From Asterias rubens (lineage: Eukaryota), in the NCBI RefSeq assembly GCF_902459465.1, contig NC_047075.1:248001-312000 (forward strand): a stretch of 64,000 bases of DNA, read 5' to 3'. A program made the translations under genes and the position numbers. The notes under the pieces were generated by a model. It ran no database searches, was not told where the DNA came from, and saw only the letters and a program-made list of their open reading frames with translations. Shown here piece by piece: positions 61,583 through 64,000 of this stretch (positions are counted from its first letter, which is position 1; each line of letters opens with the position of its first letter).

Positions 61583-62889
61583 GGGGAATCAAAATTGGTC
61601 CTTTTCAGATTGTGTGTATTTCCAATTTCAGATTATTTTGTGTGTGTGGACGTTAGGCCTACAACTCCAGTTTTCCGGAAATTACATTCATGCAAAGATG
61701 TCTAGCCACTTTTTCAATCCAAGACTACAGTACAATGTTGTAAAGACACTGACTACAGACTGATCCCAAGTACTTTATGTGTACGTATTATTAGTTGATG
61801 TAAATTAAATAGACATTTAATGAGACTAGCGTTCACAGCAAGCTTTCTAAATTAACCAATTAGCCCACGCATACCATTGTATACTGTACGAAAACCAGAC
61901 ATGGGACCTAATTACATTCACGTAAATAGAGCTGTTTTTTCATTATAACCCACTTACATTGTAGATACCAAAGGATTTCACAAAAATGATTGTAAGTGTC
62001 TTGCATAATGACATAAATGTCAAGACCAGGACTCAAACCCACACTCTTCTGATCAGAAACAACAAAGTCTTGAGTCTAGTGTGTATCAACCGACAGTCAC
62101 AACACCAAGTACGTACATTCAAGCGTGTCCTCCGCAACCCCCCCCCCCCCAAATAAAAAAAGTTAAAAAAATTAAAACAGTTTGAAATCTGCCTGATGAT
62201 TGCACTGTCTATGATAGATCACAAGCCTTGAATTTCATCTTTGAGACCTCTGGCAAGGCATTTTTAATTTTGCACTGGAAAAATGGGCACCAACATGACC
62301 AAGGCCAAGACCAGGGGCAACAGAGGCCATGTCCTACACGTGACCTCCAGGTACATCCAGACCTGACATCAGGGCATTCACAATGGCAGTTGTAATGCCA
62401 CAGTAATGTTTTAGTGCCACATAAATATTCCCTGATCGCCTCTTAAAGTGAGTATCTGTATGAAGTTCTTAAGAGTTCTTAAGAGGCTGAGTTGGAAACC
62501 TCCTTAGGGAATTTCGTCAGTGATATTTACATTATAAATTAGCCGATTCCAACAGCTATGAATTTCATAAATATTAAATAACAGTAGAGGCCTTCTGTGT
62601 TGCTGACGTACATCAGGCACCCTACATGTATGACTTGTGATCTTGTGCGACATTTCTATCTTTGTTTGATGGAATACAAAAATATGTTTTTACCGTAATC
62701 AAATTCCATGTTACTGTTATAAATTCTGAGTCATCCTCACACATGCTTGGATGTACACTGTACACATTCATGTAACATAGATAGAGTAGCGTCAGTAGCC
62801 TATATGTGTAGGCCCCTACTGAGACAGATATTTTCCTTCTGGATTTGTTTCATTATTTTTTCAAGCATGTTAAGGGAACTTCCCATTGT

Positions 62890-63812
62890 CAGCTGATACT
62901 TCACAGAGGCAGAGGGGCAATGGAGGCACTTGTCATTGCCTTGATGCCCCTTGAAAGTTTCAGGCCCGTTACTTCACAGAAGCAACCAAGAAAATGCCTC
63001 CATGTCCCAGGTCATTGCATTGATGCACCAGTTTCAGGTTTATTACTTCACAGAGGCAATTGCCTCCATGCCATTGGTCATTGCCTTGGTGCACCAGTTT
63101 CAGGTCTGATACTTCACAGAGGCAATTGCCTCCATGCCCCTTGGTCATTGCCTTGGTGCACCAGTTTCAGGTTTATTACTTCACAGAGGCAATTGCCTCC
63201 ATGCCCTTGGTCATTGCCTTGGTGCCCTTGAAATATTCCAGTTTCAGGTCTAATACTTCACAGAGGCAATTGCCTCCATGCCCCTTGGTCATTGCCTTGA
63301 TGCACCAGTTTCAGGTTTATTACTTCACAGAGGCAATTGCCTCCATGCCCTTGGTCATTGCCTCCATGCCCCTGGTCATTGCCCCTTGAATGTTCCAGTT
63401 TCAGGCCTGATACTTCACAGTGACAATTGCCTCCACGATCTTGGTCATTGCCTTGATGCACCAGTTTCAGGTCTGATACTTCACAGAGGCAATTGTCTCC
63501 ATGCCCCCTGGTCATTGCCTTAGTGCCCTTGAAATGTTCCAGTTTCAGGCCTGATACTTCACAGTGACAATTATCTCCATGCCCTTGGTCATTGCCTTGG
63601 TGCACCAGTTTCAGGTCTGATACTTCACAGAGCAATTGCCTCCATGCCGCTTGGTCATTGCCTTGGTGCCCTTGAAATATTCCAGTTTAAGGTCTGATAC
63701 TTCACAGAGGCAATTGCCTCCATGCCCCTGGTCATTGCCCCTTGAATGTTCTTGTTTCAGGTCTGATACTTCACAGTGACAATTGCCTCAATTCTCCTTG
63801 TCATTGCCTAGG
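62890..63812. repeat. Complex minisatellite (about 64-80-bp units)
   Basis: Recurrent cagtttcaggtctgatacttcacagaggcaattgcctccatgcccttggtcattgccttggtgc. Confidence 0.9.
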
Positions 63813-64000
63813 TACCCCCTTGAAACATCCCTAGATAGAAGTTTACAATATTCCTCATTCGAATGCGTTGTCCAATGGAGAAACCCTTTCAAGAACGAAG
63901 CATCACGCCTGCTTTGTGATTGTACCAAGTCAGTGTAAACATGCAATTGATTTGTACATCTGCAATCTGCATTCTGTGATACTGTTCCAGCCATTTTAAT

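Noticed and set aside
62845-63635. Repetitive His/Cys-rich ORFs
   Set aside because: Translations of the complex minisatellite; no splice or domain support.
1-64000. Autonomous transposase or reverse transcriptase genes
   Set aside because: No ORF or exon with DDE, RT or endonuclease motifs was seen; all elements found are short and non-autonomous.

Overview
AT-rich, intron-rich eukaryotic DNA. The repeat families and gene content suggest an invertebrate deuterostome, probably a sea star (inference, not checked against a database). Most ORFs in the supplied track are spurious; the real genes were rebuilt by hand from GT-AG exons with consistent phases. In order: (1) first coding exon of a glutamate carboxypeptidase II/NAALADase-like type II membrane peptidase (-, running off the left edge); (2,3) two tandem CD225/dispanin (IFITM/PRRT-type) genes with P/Q/Y-rich N-termini (-); (4,5) a convergent pair of MS4A/CD20-like four-pass membrane genes, one with a long tyrosine-motif tail and one with a glycosylatable loop and almost no tail; a 538-N assembly gap; (6) a gene ending in an F5/8 type C (discoidin) domain (-, 5' end unresolved); (7) the 3' six exons of an adenylate-kinase-fold protein with non-canonical catalytic motifs (-). 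Non-coding DNA is full of MITEs, tRNA-derived SINE pieces and minisatellites. The most unusual spot is one exon of gene 7: on one side lies a 64-bp tandem duplication of its own exon/intron junction with a CTCF-like motif in each unit, and on the other a 7 x 72-bp array of Pol III B-boxes.
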